Below, piece after piece: positions 23,001 through 34,900 of a stretch of DNA of 64,000 bases (position 1 is its first letter; the number at the start of each line of letters is the position of its first letter). A program made the position numbers and the translations under genes. This DNA is from Narcine bancroftii. Its lineage: Eukaryota. Location: positions 80,228,001 through 80,292,000 of the forward strand of contig NC_091479.1 in the NCBI RefSeq assembly GCF_036971445.1, written 5' to 3'. The notes below the pieces were generated by a model. That model had not been told where the DNA came from. It searched no databases and saw only the letters and a list, made by a program, of their open reading frames with translations.

Positions 23001-26000
23001 AACAATATTTACTTATTTATTTATATAAATGAAATACTTGTCCTGCATATGTATTGTTTGTCTGTATGTGTGTTATGTGTGAGTGCATGTTTTGCACTGA
23101 GGACCAAAGGATACTGTTGCATTGGGTTGTACTTGTGCTATCAGATGATAATAAACTTGAGTTGATTTAAACAGTTCCTTGTATTGAGCTCTGACAGATT
23201 GAATAATCCCTCCCCAAAAAGGTGCTGAATTCATGTCCAACACTTGTCTCTTTAAAGATTTCCATCTGTACTTTTATTATAATTTATCCCTGGTGATTTA
23301 GAAATGATTGTACTCTATTTCAGAAGATCGCTGGGTGAATGAATATGATGACAAACTGCTTTATACCTGTCCAAAATCTGAAACTATCAGTACAATTTCA
23401 AGGTGAGTTACGAAAGGTCTCCGGACAGTAATCTGATGACAGATTTAAATTTTATGATGATCGTATTGCTTTGAATGCATGTGAACTTCTTCTTTCAACT
23501 ACCTCATGATATCATCTGTGGGGAATGGTCACATCAACTTCACCCACTTCCACACTGTTTTAGAGTATAAAAATTACATCCTTTGGAATAATGCTCATGG
23601 AATAGTAATAATTCAGTGCTCCTCCTGCACATTTCAGATGATGTTTTCTGGAGTAAATGGAGTAGACTTTCTTCATCCGAGTTGATCACTTTAATTGAAT
23701 AAACATTTTTGCGAATTTACAAATCTGCACCCAAGTTCCAGGCATCCTAAAAACTGCAGTTCTCTTAAAATGCCTCGTACTTTCTGTTCCAGCCAGCATC
23801 ACAGTTATTATGAGGACCGTCTGTGGGATTTCCAGTGTCAGGAGACATTCAACCAGCAGCCATCTTGTGTATGGAGTAACTACGTGAACAGCTTTGATGA
23901 AGAGTTCACGTTCACCTGCCCATTTGACTCCATTATTAGTGGTGTAGAATCTTACCACCATGACAAGCACGAGGATAGAAGGTACTTTGGAAAATATTGG
24001 GTTTATTCTCATCAACTTTTGCCTCTGTTATTTTAAAACTATATTTCATTGGTAAATGTGAACAAAAACTGACAAGGTTAATAAATTCTATTTGATATTA
24101 GAGCCATTTTCTAACCTTCACCTCTGCTTGTTGCCTGAATGTTTCTGCCAACAATACGTGGGCTTGGCGTTCCTTCTTGTTCTCTTACTGTGCACCTCTG
24201 TGTGTCTCCCCGCAGAACATTTCTCTTTGAGGGCAATCAGCGCACAACAGTGGTTAGAACATTAATGAATCCAAAAGCATACCACATGGTACACACAGTT
24301 CTTAAAGGAACACTCACAGTAATCTTTTAACTACTCCAGTGAATACTTCAGTTAATAAACACTGAAAGTATTAAGAAATCCAACTGCAAAAGATCAATAG
24401 GCATCCTTGATCTTAACAGAAGAAAGTAAAGGTTCTGATCATCAGCTTCCAATCTCTTTGATGAAAGGGATGGACTGAAAATCTGCTAACATGACACCAA
24501 TGTTTAAAAGGAGAGAAACCCTGGACTAAGTATTGATGAGATAGTTAGGTTAGGACTAGTGCTGGGCAAGTTGATGGAAACATTCTGAGGGGTAATAAAA
24601 CTTTTTTTTTCCGACATTTTCTGAAATATTCAATTTCAGACTGTGGACATTGCCCATCAATTGCTTGTGTGTTTTGAGGAGGTAACAGGGAGGGTAGATG
24701 TAGTCACATGGATTTTAGCAATTGTTTGACACCCATAGTAGACTAATCAGAAATCTGAAAATGCACAGGATTACAGAGGAGCTGAGGAAGACTAATCCAT
24801 TGTTTCAGGGATCTAGGACACAGTATGAAAGAATTGTGAATGTGAATAGGATATAGTACATTTTCTTTCTTAAAGCATAACCTCTTGGTATTGAATAAGT
24901 GAGACAATTGAGGCCTACTTGATCCCTTGTGAAATGTTGTGCACGTCCGCAGATAACTGAAAAAACCAAGAACATCTTTTAGCGCATGTGTTTCCTGCAG
25001 ATTTCTCTTTGCACTTCCTGTATATTGCTGCACCAAGAAACTGTAATAAGAAAGGATCTGAAAAGTGAAGATGTCCAATGAAACAAAGTTGACCAAAGCA
25101 TTAAATGCCGATAAACTTGTGTTTTTGCAATAAACCACAGTAACTGAAATGACGAAGGGACACAGTTTTCGATCGGAGCACAGGAAAATTAAAGGTTACT
25201 GTTTGGGGTGCTGGCTTATGCCTTGTAACTGTCAAAGTGGGAGGGTGCAAGATAATCCAATCACTTTAGAGGCCTTGTGTTATGTCCTCGGTTGTGCCAT
25301 CGGAGGTCTTAATAAACACTCAGAGAAGCTTGTAAGTTGACAGCGCAAACTTTTACTTACATCAGTAGTAGTAAGGCTGCTAGTCATGTATAAATACACT
25401 GTTGCACTGAGGATGCTCACCACTCAAGTACGATGCGGCTCTTACAGTCTTGTGGTGTTCATGCTCCAGCATAAAATAGTCCCAAGTTTTCTCTGTATAT
25501 GATACCTTGTATCTATGTCATTCACGATAAACAATATCATCCACCTTGAGGGTGAGGACAATGATTCCTGCTCAAAGTGAAACAGGATGAGATTACCACT
25601 GTTAAACTTGCATAGGTTTGGATTCATACATCATCTTAGCCCAGATTTGACCATTCTAAGCAAAAAAAAGTGTTTCACTTGGTAAGATGACATAAGGAGA
25701 TAGATATTTTGTAAATCACTTTAATTGATCAGGCTTGGAAATTCTAGAAGTTACAGAAATCAGAAGTCAAGCCAATCTATTTATCACAACTGTTCTTTTT
25801 ACCAAGGATTATAGATTAACCCTCATCTAGGCCATGGACAAAATTCTTTGGTGACATAACAGGATTCCTTCTGGTAAATAGTGTGCATTTTCTCAGTCAA
25901 AAGTAGAACAGAGAATGCCGATGGAATAGAAGGAAAACCTCTGTGATTCCCATATATTAGTGTCTACACATTGCACCTCGTTTCACTAAGAACCCACAAG

Positions 26001-26810
26001 AGGACAGACAGAACACTTTCATTTCTTGCTTAGTGCTACAGAGACAGAGGTTCAGAGTCGTGACACCTTGCTCTTGGTACTCATGTCACTTTATTTTCTC
26101 CCCCCCTCCCCCCAACACATACTTTACCACATGAATACAATTAAAAATTCTTTTACGTGGCTAATCTTCTTTATCCTCGTTATTTTTTCTTAACACATTT
26201 AGGGTCCTTATGTGTTCCCTTTTGTGTCTTAAAAGATTGTTTCATTCATTTGTTTTATCTTTCTCAGATGGAAATTTTTATGCTGCCGTGTTAACAATAC
26301 TTGCAACAAACTCTGTTCCTGGACAGACTATCTCAACCTTTTTGACGATTACTTCAGCTGGCAAGTTCCTGAATCCAATTACATTGTGGGTGTTTCCAGC
26401 TACCATGATAATTATCGCGAGTAAGTAAATTGCAGTTGATAACATTTTTACTTTGCATTTGATTTTAGGCATATTATGCTGTATTCAAATAATATGAGAG
26501 TACATCTGAATTCGGCCAAATTGTCAGGATGAAAAAGACATTTGGAAAACCTGTATTGAGGTACCAATGGAGGTCTTTTAGTATAATCTATGCGACAGAG
26601 GTCTTGCTAGAAATATAAATGTCCGTAGCAAGTAAATCAAGTTTTTATATTATTGTCCATAGATTTTCGTCTGGATTTTAAACAGTAGTTATATATCATC
26701 TCCAAATATTTTCAAGAAAATTGTTTTATTATATTTTAATTTGCTGCATTTTCCCCACTCTCAGGGACCGTCGATGGAAGTACCAATATTGTGAGCAAGA
26801 AGCATGTTGA
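19958..26810 (+). CDS. Gene A: hemagglutinin/amebocyte aggregation factor-like (dermatopontin family) secreted protein, 183 aa; join(19958..20015,20612..20638,23324..23402,23793..23981,26268..26420,26765..26810)
   Basis: Hand-spliced at GT-AG sites with consistent phases (1,1,2,2,2), 552 nt open: MKALSLLLLVIAGIHGNPSVQKPDDLRPEDRWVNEYDDKLLYTCPKSETISTISSQHHSYYEDRLWDFQCQETFNQQPSCVWSNYVNSFDEEFTFTCPFDSIISGVESYHHDKHEDRRWKFLCCRVNNTCNKLCSWTDYLNLFDDYFSWQVPESNYIVGVSSYHDNYREDRRWKYQYCEQEAC*. It has a signal peptide, three S-x-H-x4-EDR-x-W-x-F/Y-x-C dermatopontin-type repeats and 10 Cys. Every exon except the microexon is mirrored in gene B. Confidence 0.92.
20612..20638 (+). CDS. Gene A 27-nt symmetric (phase 1-1) microexon, VQKPDDLRP
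   Basis: Strong acceptor TTCTTTTTTTACAG and perfect donor G|GTAAGT; in frame with no stop. No paralogous support because gene B lacks this region. Confidence 0.7.
20912..21138 (-). mobile_element. tRNA-derived V-SINE-like element
   Basis: Reverse strand GGGCAGCACGGTTGGC (A box) ... GGTTCGAATCCC (B box) ... TTGTATGTTTTCCCCATGACTGCGTGGGTT core; further copies at 31715-31975 and 55730-55920. Confidence 0.75.
22096..23165 (+). mobile_element. Rex1/Babar-like LINE, 5'-truncated, in gene A intron 2
   Basis: RT C-terminal remnants (KFAD, EVENLVKWCENNNLSLNVDKMKEMIMNFRR); 3' tail AATAAACTTGAGTTGA; empty site in gene B at ~42125. Confidence 0.85.
23324..23402 (+). CDS. Gene A exon 3 (EDRWVNEYDDKLLYTCPKSETISTIS)
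   Basis: TACTCTATTTCAG acceptor, AG|GTGAGT donor; same length (79 nt) as 42272-42350. Confidence 0.9.
23793..23981 (+). CDS. Gene A exon 4 (dermatopontin repeats 1-2)
   Basis: Lies inside ORF 23695..24036; TTTCTGTTCCAG acceptor, AG|GTACTT donor; 189 nt as in gene B. Confidence 0.92.
26268..26420 (+). CDS. Gene A exon 5 (WKFLCCRVNN...SYHDNYR)
   Basis: TTTTATCTTTCTCAG acceptor, GA|GTAAGT donor; 153 nt as in gene B. Confidence 0.92.
26765..26810 (+). CDS. Gene A last coding exon (EDRRWKYQYCEQEAC*)
   Basis: TTTTCCCCACTCTCAG acceptor; TGA at 26808-26810; completes the third EDRRW repeat. Confidence 0.9.
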
Positions 26811-26903
26811 TTGATTTTGTTTAAGAGAAATGTTCACTCGGGATCAGATGACCTTTCAATTAATATACAGTGTACTTTGAAAAATTCATAAACTATCAAA
26901 GAA

Positions 26904-26909
26904 AATAAA
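26904..26909 (+). terminator. Gene A polyadenylation signal
   Basis: AATAAA about 95 nt after the stop; position conserved in gene B (46951). Confidence 0.6.
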
Positions 26910-27282
26910 ATGTATACCGCAAAATATTTTCTAAGTTATTTTAATTTGTGAGCAAGTTACGCTGGTCAAAATAAGATGGATTGGCAAGTAGTTTCATGTT
27001 TACGGATAGTATCGTAATTGTCTGTTCAAGTACAGTAAAGGAAAAATATATAATTAAAAATCACTCAAAGGGTGATCACGTCTGAAATCTACCCAAAGAA
27101 ACTAGCTGTTCTTTTCTCTCAAGTGAGAATGATAATTTACCTCAACCAATAGTTTATCAGATTTATAACCATAAATCTGTCAATGGTTGTCATATAAAGT
27201 CCAGTTTTATGATCTTTTCTAACCCATTTCTGTGAGATATAGACCTCTCAAAAGATTTAGTTATTGAGTAAGGTAATCTGCT

Positions 27283-30200
27283 AGAACCATAGAAACATAC
27301 TGTAAAACATTACAGCTCAGAAGACAGGCCCTTTGGCCCTTCTAGCCTGTGCCAAACTATTATTCTGCCTAGATCTATTGACCTGTACCCAGTCCATAGC
27401 CCTCCATAACCCTCCCATTCACATATCTGTCCAAATATTTATTCAATGTGAAAATTGGGTCACATTCACTACTTCAGCTGGCAGCTCATTCCATATTCTC
27501 ATCAGTCTCTATGTAAAGAAGTTCACCTAAATGTTCCCCCTAAACTTTTCCTCTTTCATCCTTAACCCATGTCTCCTGGTTTGTATCTCATCTAACCTCA
27601 GTGGGAAAAGCCTACTCTAACTATACTTCTCATAATCTCATATACCTCTAATAAATCTCCCCTCATTCTTCTACACACCAGGGAATAAAATCCTAACCTG
27701 TTTAGCTTTTCCCCTGTAACTCAGTTCCTAAAGTCCAGGCAGCATCCAAGTAAATCTTCTCTGCTCTCTTTCTATTTTATTGATATCTTTCCTGTAGTTA
27801 GGTGACCATATCTGCTCACAATACTCCAAATTTGTACAAACTTGTGCAACTTTATCGGAACACCCCAACTCCTGTACTCAATACTTTGACTAATGAATGC
27901 CAATATTCCAAAAGCTCTCTTTACAACCCTATTACCTGTGACACCACTTTCAGGGAATTATGTATCTGTATTTCCAGATCTCTCTGTTCTATCACAGTCT
28001 TCAGTACCTGATCTTAGTTTGTTCTTCAAAATACACCTCACACATGCATTAAACACCATCTGCCATTTTACTAGCTAGTGCAGATTCCACTGCATACTTT
28101 CAAAGCTTTTCTCACTGTCCACAATGCCTCCAATCTTTGTGTAATCTGCAACCTTGCTGATCAAATTTACCACATTATCATCCAGATCATTGATATAAAT
28201 GACAAGTAACAATGGTCCCGGCACTAATTCCTAAAGCACATCTTTAGTTTTTTTTAGAATATCTTATATAAATTTTTCCAAGACTCATATAGAGCATTGT
28301 TACATACATCATATGAATAGAATTTTAAAATTACAGAGTCTCATATGATGGCCAAAATCTCAGCCCCCCTCCCAACTCCTAACATTAAAAAAAAACAATT
28401 TTCCAAAAAAGGGGTGTTTGAGGTGTCTTCATTAATTAGACAATTTCTTAATCTTCAGGAATTCAACACTATTAACCTAACTATATAATTTAAACTTTTT
28501 TGGGGAAGTTAATTTTATCCTTAAGCCAGTATGATTCAAATAAGGTTGCCATATTTTATGAACATGTCATATTTCTAAGATTTTAAGTTATTTTTTTCCA
28601 GGGGACCACAATTTTGTATTTCCATATTCCAGAGAGTAATAAGTAGGGGCAAGTCAGACTTCCATGTAACACCGACAGATCTCCTGGCTTCCACTATTTG
28701 ACAGTTTTGTGCCAATAACCATAAGATTGCACAATAAATACAGTTCTGGTTCCAATAGAAAATCCACTTCTATAATTTTTGTCAAAATTTCTGCCAAGTC
28801 ATGCCAAAAGGATTTTACTTTTACGCAGAGCCAGGTTGAATGTTCCAACTTCTATACCACACCTAAAATCTGAAATTTCAGATTTTAAACTCTAAAATTT
28901 TTGCGGTGTAAGGTATAATTGGTGCATGAAATTGTATTGTACCAATCTATATCTGATATTAATAAATGATGTCATATTATCAGCAAAATTTTCACCAATA
29001 ATGTTCTTAAATCCTTTTCACCAAGACCGTCTCTCACCATTCCCTCAATTTGTGCAAGCCCAGTTTCAGGCTATTGTTCTGCAATAGGGAATACATCTTA
29101 GAGATAAATGTACCCCTTTCGCTCAAGCACTCCCACGTCACTACACATTGGCAAGGTCGTGGCTGGTCCTAAACTAGCTCTTCAAAAAGATTTGAAAATA
29201 GCAGAAGAATGTTCTATTTGACAAATCATACTTTTTTTTAGCTGTTCAAATGTCATAAATTGTCTTTGTTCATAACAATCCTTGGTACACTCGATCCCTT
29301 TACGGTGCCACGTGTCCAGGATTTTATTTCCTAATGTCATTGGGTTTTAACTCATTTTGATACAAGGGTGTTTTTGAAGATAACCCCACTTTTACACCTA
29401 TATATTTTTTAATTTGTTCCCATATCCAAATTATGTGTTTTAGAAAGGGGGTATCTGTCTTTCCAGCAATAATTTAATATTCCATTTGTTAATGAAATCT
29501 TCTGCTGTCTTCTCACCTGCCAGGTGAAGATCAATTTAAGCCCAGTCAGGACCTCCTCCCTCAAAAAAGGATGCTATAAATTTCGATTGGGCAGCCAAAT
29601 AATATTTTTTAAAAATTGGGTAGTTGTAGAAAGAACACCTATAGTCACAGGCCTCTTGACTGAGAAGCAATTATCCATTTCCATTCTCTAGCTTCACCCA
29701 TGTAGCCAATGCCAAATCCAGCTAACTACCTCACCAAGCGTCTGAACCATTCTGACTAACCTCCCATGTGGAATCTTGTCAAAGGCCTCACTAATGTCCA
29801 TGTAGACAAGATCCATAGCCTTTCCTTCATCAACTTTTCTGGTAACCCTCTCAAAAAACTCTATAAGATTAGTTAAACACAACTTACCACACACGAAGCC
29901 TAATCAGTCCCTGGCTATCCAAATAATTGTATATCCGGTCTCTTAGAATACCTTCCGATAATTTACCTACTACTGATGTCAGGCTCACTGGTCTGTAATT
30001 TCCTTGGTTAATTTTATAGCCTTTTTTAAACAACGGAACAACGAACTACTGTCCAATCCTCTGGCACCTCACCCATGGCTACAGTAATTTAAAATATATT
30101 AGCCAGGGTCCCTGCAATTTCTACACTAGCCTCCCTCAAGGTGTGAAAGAATATCTTGTCAGGCCCTGGGGATTTATGCACCCTTATTTGCTTTAAGACA
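27283..30200 (-). mobile_element. CR1 LINE (RT and 3' end) with a nested L1 fragment
   Basis: ORF 29694..29894 CLTNLIEFFERVTRKVDEGKAMDLVYMDISEAFDKIPHGRL; CR1 3' end AGAACCATAGAAACAT at 27283. Confidence 0.85.
28248..29630 (-). mobile_element. L1/Tx1 LINE 3' fragment nested in the CR1
   Basis: T-rich tail at ~28250; ORF2 C-terminal remnants (LPNF..YY.AAQ, HSTWLCVKVKSFW). Confidence 0.75.
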
Positions 30201-31714
30201 GATGACTTCGCTGACTTTGGCCTAGTTTACCTTGTGCTTTCAAGTACTCTGAAACATTCTTAATAATGCTCTAGAAAAGTGGTTCCCAAACTTTTTCGGC
30301 CTGCCGCCCCCTTGGCTCCCAGGCCACATCCCTCCCTCCCCATCCCTGCAAACAACAACTATTGTGTCTCACCCTTGTAACTTGTAGATAGATACACACG
30401 ACCTTGTGAATTGGTGTGCCGTGCCTGCTTATCATGATATGGTGGTAGGTACTGATTGTATGAACCCATGAATTAATATTGGTATTGTTTTGCAAACGTG
30501 TATCAGACATTACTGGATTGCATGTGGGTGTATGTGTGTCTCCTGTTATGTATTGGTGTCATGTGTAAATAAATTCACCGTTTCATACTGACTCATAATG
30601 AGATTTGTTACTATTTGAACCCTTCAAACTTGTTTTCCTACCACAGATTGGGACTTCAAGAAGAGTTCAAGGAAAAACAACCGGGCAATTGGGTGGGAGC
30701 GATTTTCTGGCAAAAGGGCTAAAATGAAGGGCCCCACTTGCACAGTGGACAGAGTATTGTGATCAGTCAAAGATACTGTTGGGTTTGGCAGTCTGGCCAG
30801 CATGCTGGAGGAGAATCGCAGGCTGATAGAATGGTCAGATAGCATGGACTTGTAAGGGGAGGAGATTGGCCACCATCTTCTGTTCCTCCTCCCTCTTCTG
30901 CCCCTCCTCCCTCCTTTTGCCTCTCTCCCTTTTTAAATAGTCCAGTGACATTTGAAATTTTCCAGTCCTTTGTGACTATCAATTCTTGAAAGAACACTAC
31001 TAATGTGAAGACAATCTTTTAGTGGCCTCTTTCAGAACCATAATCCTGATTTGTTTCCTAGTTATTTGAGTGTTGCCTTCAGGGTTTTGTTGCATTTGCT
31101 ATTGAAAATCATCTTCCAGATTTTGAACACCTCATTATGACTTTTTAACCATCTCAACTTGGTGTTGGGTCTACTCCATAGAAACAATCTCAATATTTAC
31201 TTAACTGAGATTAAGTTATGGAGGAAAAGAACACTTAAAGTACAAAGAATAAAACATTAAGTAACTCAATTAATGAACTATTTTGCACCTTAGGCAAGGC
31301 CAACTACTTGCACCCCCCAAAAAAAATTTGCAAACTTCGATTTTTGAAAACAGATGTTTTGTAAAAAAAAAAAGGAAAAGCACAAAACTTGAAACTGCTA
31401 AATTTATTTTAAAATTGTAAGAATAACTAATACATCAATCTTTGATTATCTTCTCAAATACAAAAGAAAATATTTTGGCACACAAATCATTTTGAACTAA
31501 AGGGCACTTAGTAGAATGCATACCTCCACCAAGGGCAACATAACTAAAACATTTTACTTCACACACCTTTAAGTCCGTATACCTTTTAAAGTAACTTGGC
31601 GTAACCAACCCGACATGTTAGGACAATATTTTGCTTACAGTCAGATAGAGAAACAAAAAACAAACAGGGTTAAAAATGTTAGGATGCACACACGCACACA
31701 CACACAAAATACAA

Positions 31715-31975
31715 GGGCAGTATGGCTGGTGTAGCAGTTAGTGCAACATCTTTACAGCACCAACGATCAGGATCCTTGAATCCCACACTGTCTTTAAGGA
31801 GTTTGTACGATCTCCCTGTGTCTGTATGGGTTTTCTCCAAGGAGCTCCAGTTTCCTCTCACCGTTAAAAAAATGTACCAAGGCTGTAGGTTAATTGGGTG
31901 TAAATTGGGTGGCATGGACTCGTGGGCTGAAATGGCCTGTTTCCGTGCTGTATGTCTAAATTTTAAATTTTAAAA
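31715..31975 (+). mobile_element. V-SINE-like element
   Basis: Aligns with the reverse complement of 20912-21138. Confidence 0.75.
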
Positions 31976-34900
31976 ATACACACAATACACAAGTATCATA
32001 CATATACAAAAATATATATAAAAATACAGAGCTACCAGCTGCCTACCTGGCCACCTTGACCTCCTCTGTGCACCTCCCTGACAAGCAGCAGGTAGGAAGG
32101 CAGCACAGGGAACAGCTTCCATCAGCACTGAGACTGAGGCTGGTTCGACAGGCCCTCGACATTGCAGGGTGGATGCCATGCCGCAGGCTGCTGCACAGAC
32201 CTTTTCCACCTTCCCACTCTCTGTTCCTCACCCACGACCTCTGCTTTGTATGGTCAACCTTTCCGTGATTCATTGACGGCGACAGGCATGCGCGTTTCCC
32301 TGGCGCTGGCAGACCGGTTCCAGCTGTGTGGTAAATTATGGGTAACAAAGATGCTTGTGACACTAGGCTGTGAGTCACAATACCTCATTTAGGGGGCAAT
32401 GGCTGCGAATGCCCCTCCTTGGTGCTGGGCCTGCATCTGGCCACCCTGACAGTGCCCCTCTGAGGTCTGTGTCCTAGGCAGCTGCCTAGATGTCTTAATG
32501 GTAGCGCCGACCCTGTATGTGACTCCAGGACAAGAGGGCACAACTTCAGGATCGATGGGTGTCCACTTAGAACAGAGATGTGGAAGAATTTCTGCAGCCA
32601 GAGGGTGGAAAATCTGTGGAATTTGTTGCCACACATGGTTGTGGAGGCCAGGTCATTGGGTGCATTTCACCTGGGCATGAAAGGTTATGGGGAGAAGGCC
32701 GGTCAGTGGAGCTAAGTGGGAAAATGGATTAAATGGTGGGGCAGACTTGATGGGCTGAAAAGCCCTTTTTTGCTCTGATGTCATATGGTCTTGTGATCAT
32801 TATCTTAACTCTGCCAAGTAGTTTGAGGTATGATTTACAAATATCCTGTGTAAATATCATGAAAAGGTACTGCATTAATAAAATATACAAAATAAAATAT
32901 ATTGGCATCACTGAAAAGGCAGTATTTATTGCATTTACAGTTTTGCTTCCATCTCAATGATAATTTTGGTGTAAAATGTGATTTGATTTAATATTTTGAA
33001 CAAATACATTCTGTGCAAAAATGGTCAGAAAATCCCAAAATATTTATGTTTTTAGAGTGAATATAAATATAATTTCTCATAGTACAAAAATGCCACATTT
33101 TAATGTTACAACAATATTCCTGTAAATGTGTTACATATTCTGAAATATTTGTTGTCTCTGCATTACCTTTGGACAATTGAAGATATGTGCTTATAAATTG
33201 CATTAAAGTGAAGTTTAATTCCATCCATTACATTGGCAAGTTCAGTCCCAGCAGCCTCGTCACAGGCCCAATAGCAATTTATAATCAGTTTCAAGTACAT
33301 ATTCCATCAATAATTGGGTGCCTGCCAGTCCTGTTACACGTTGAAGATTACAATTTAAAGTACTTGCATCCTGTAAACAATAGTTATTTGCACACCTACA
33401 TTATTTTGATGCAAAGTATTCCATCATGCATAATGCTCTCAAAATCAAATCTGGAGTGTGTATTATTTGCTCTGGGGAAAGGGAGCTGATACCTTGTGCC
33501 CAATACTGTCTATTTCTGGCCAACTCAATATTATATCCTGCACAAGTATTTACTGGGGTTTAAATACCCCTTTTACACAGAGATCCCACTTAATTGGCAT
33601 GTGAATGACCTGAGTTTAAAGCCAGGTTGGGTCATTCACATTGAGCCAAGAAAAGCCAAGTTGAAATGCATCAGCTCTGATACTACCTACCTTGGCAGGT
33701 AATACATGGGATGAAAATGAACCCCCATCCCGCGTTTGTTGTGTGTCACACAGGTAAGTGAAGTGGTTAAAAGGCAATGAATTCCTGTCTTTTAACGCTG
33801 TGTAAAAAGAGAAAAGATACAGTTCACTACAACCTGTTATGGTAAAGTTTATGTATATCTTTATTAGTTCCTGTACAACTATGAAAGTTAGAAACTACAG
33901 CCATGGATTGTAAACATGGATGATTAATTAATTTAATGAACTCATAACAGTTTGCTCTAGCTGGCAGATCATAACTTTACGCAAAAGGTTATCAAAATGG
34001 CAAATAAAATGTTAGCTTCTGTTAAACAAAAGGAAAATTGTAGGTCTGTACCTACATAACTATAATAACCTTTGCCAACTGGCTTTTGAAATATATTCAT
34101 TTTCATTCACTGACAAGTCAATGGCCACCATTAAATGCCTTTGAGAAGATGTTACTGAACTGCCTTCTGGATGTGCAACAACGCTTTTGCTGATAATATT
34201 CCCAAAATGTGTTGAACAAATGAAGATTCTGGCAATATATTTCCAAGTTATAATACTATGTAATTCTCAAGCATCTTATTGGTGGTTGATGTTCCAGGCA
34301 TGGGAGGCTCTGGCAGAATGGCCAAGGTGAGTTACAATAGATGATTTATTGATGGTACAAAACTGTAGCCATCGTGCATCGATGGTAGAGGGGATAAATG
34401 TTTAGAGTGCTGGATGGGGTACCAATCAAGCCAGCTACTTTGTTTCAGGTGGTGTCATGCTTCTATCCTGCACTTTGAAGATGGTGGAAAGGTTGGGGGG
34501 CGGAGACAGAAGCTAAGTTAAATCACTGAAGGATGCCTTAGCTCTGATGTGTCCTTATAGCTACAGTACTTGTGTAATGGGTCCAGTTGATTTTTTGGAG
34601 AATGGTGCTCTCCAGGATGCCGATGGTGGACAAGCTGGTGACAGCAATATCAAGAGCAAGAAGTCAGGACCTCTGTTGACATGACAATCATTTCTTGGTA
34701 CTTTTGTTATCTACTTTTTTCACCCTATGCCTCATTATTGCCTAGGTCTTGCTGCTTGCTGAACCATCTGAATATTGTGTGTTCAGGGATGCTGTCTGAA
34801 GGAACATCTTCAATATTCAATGCTGCCAGTAGAATAATTGACCTTAACAATGATAAACATCTTTTTGTGGAGGAAGTATGACTCCAACTGTTGTAATTTT

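Larger units (their letters stand above)
7890..33351 (+). repeat. Tandem segmental duplication, unit A
   Basis: Collinear non-TE blocks: 7890-7940~33348-33398; 8655-8751~33825-33921; 19212-20480~35104-36320; the exons; 26811-27285~46864-47390; 32785-32960~51449-51669/54744-54780; 33095-33351~55195-55609. Confidence 0.8.

Noticed and set aside
24139-25627. ORFs (63, 131, 63, 61 aa) repeated almost identically at 43075-44567
   Set aside because: No recognisable protein features; the identity reflects the near-identical intron, not coding constraint.
30648-30850. Exon-like segment with a good acceptor (TTTTCCTACCACAG) and a GTAAGG donor
   Set aside because: Stops in all three frames; it follows a hAT-like terminus at ~30278 and has no counterpart in unit B.
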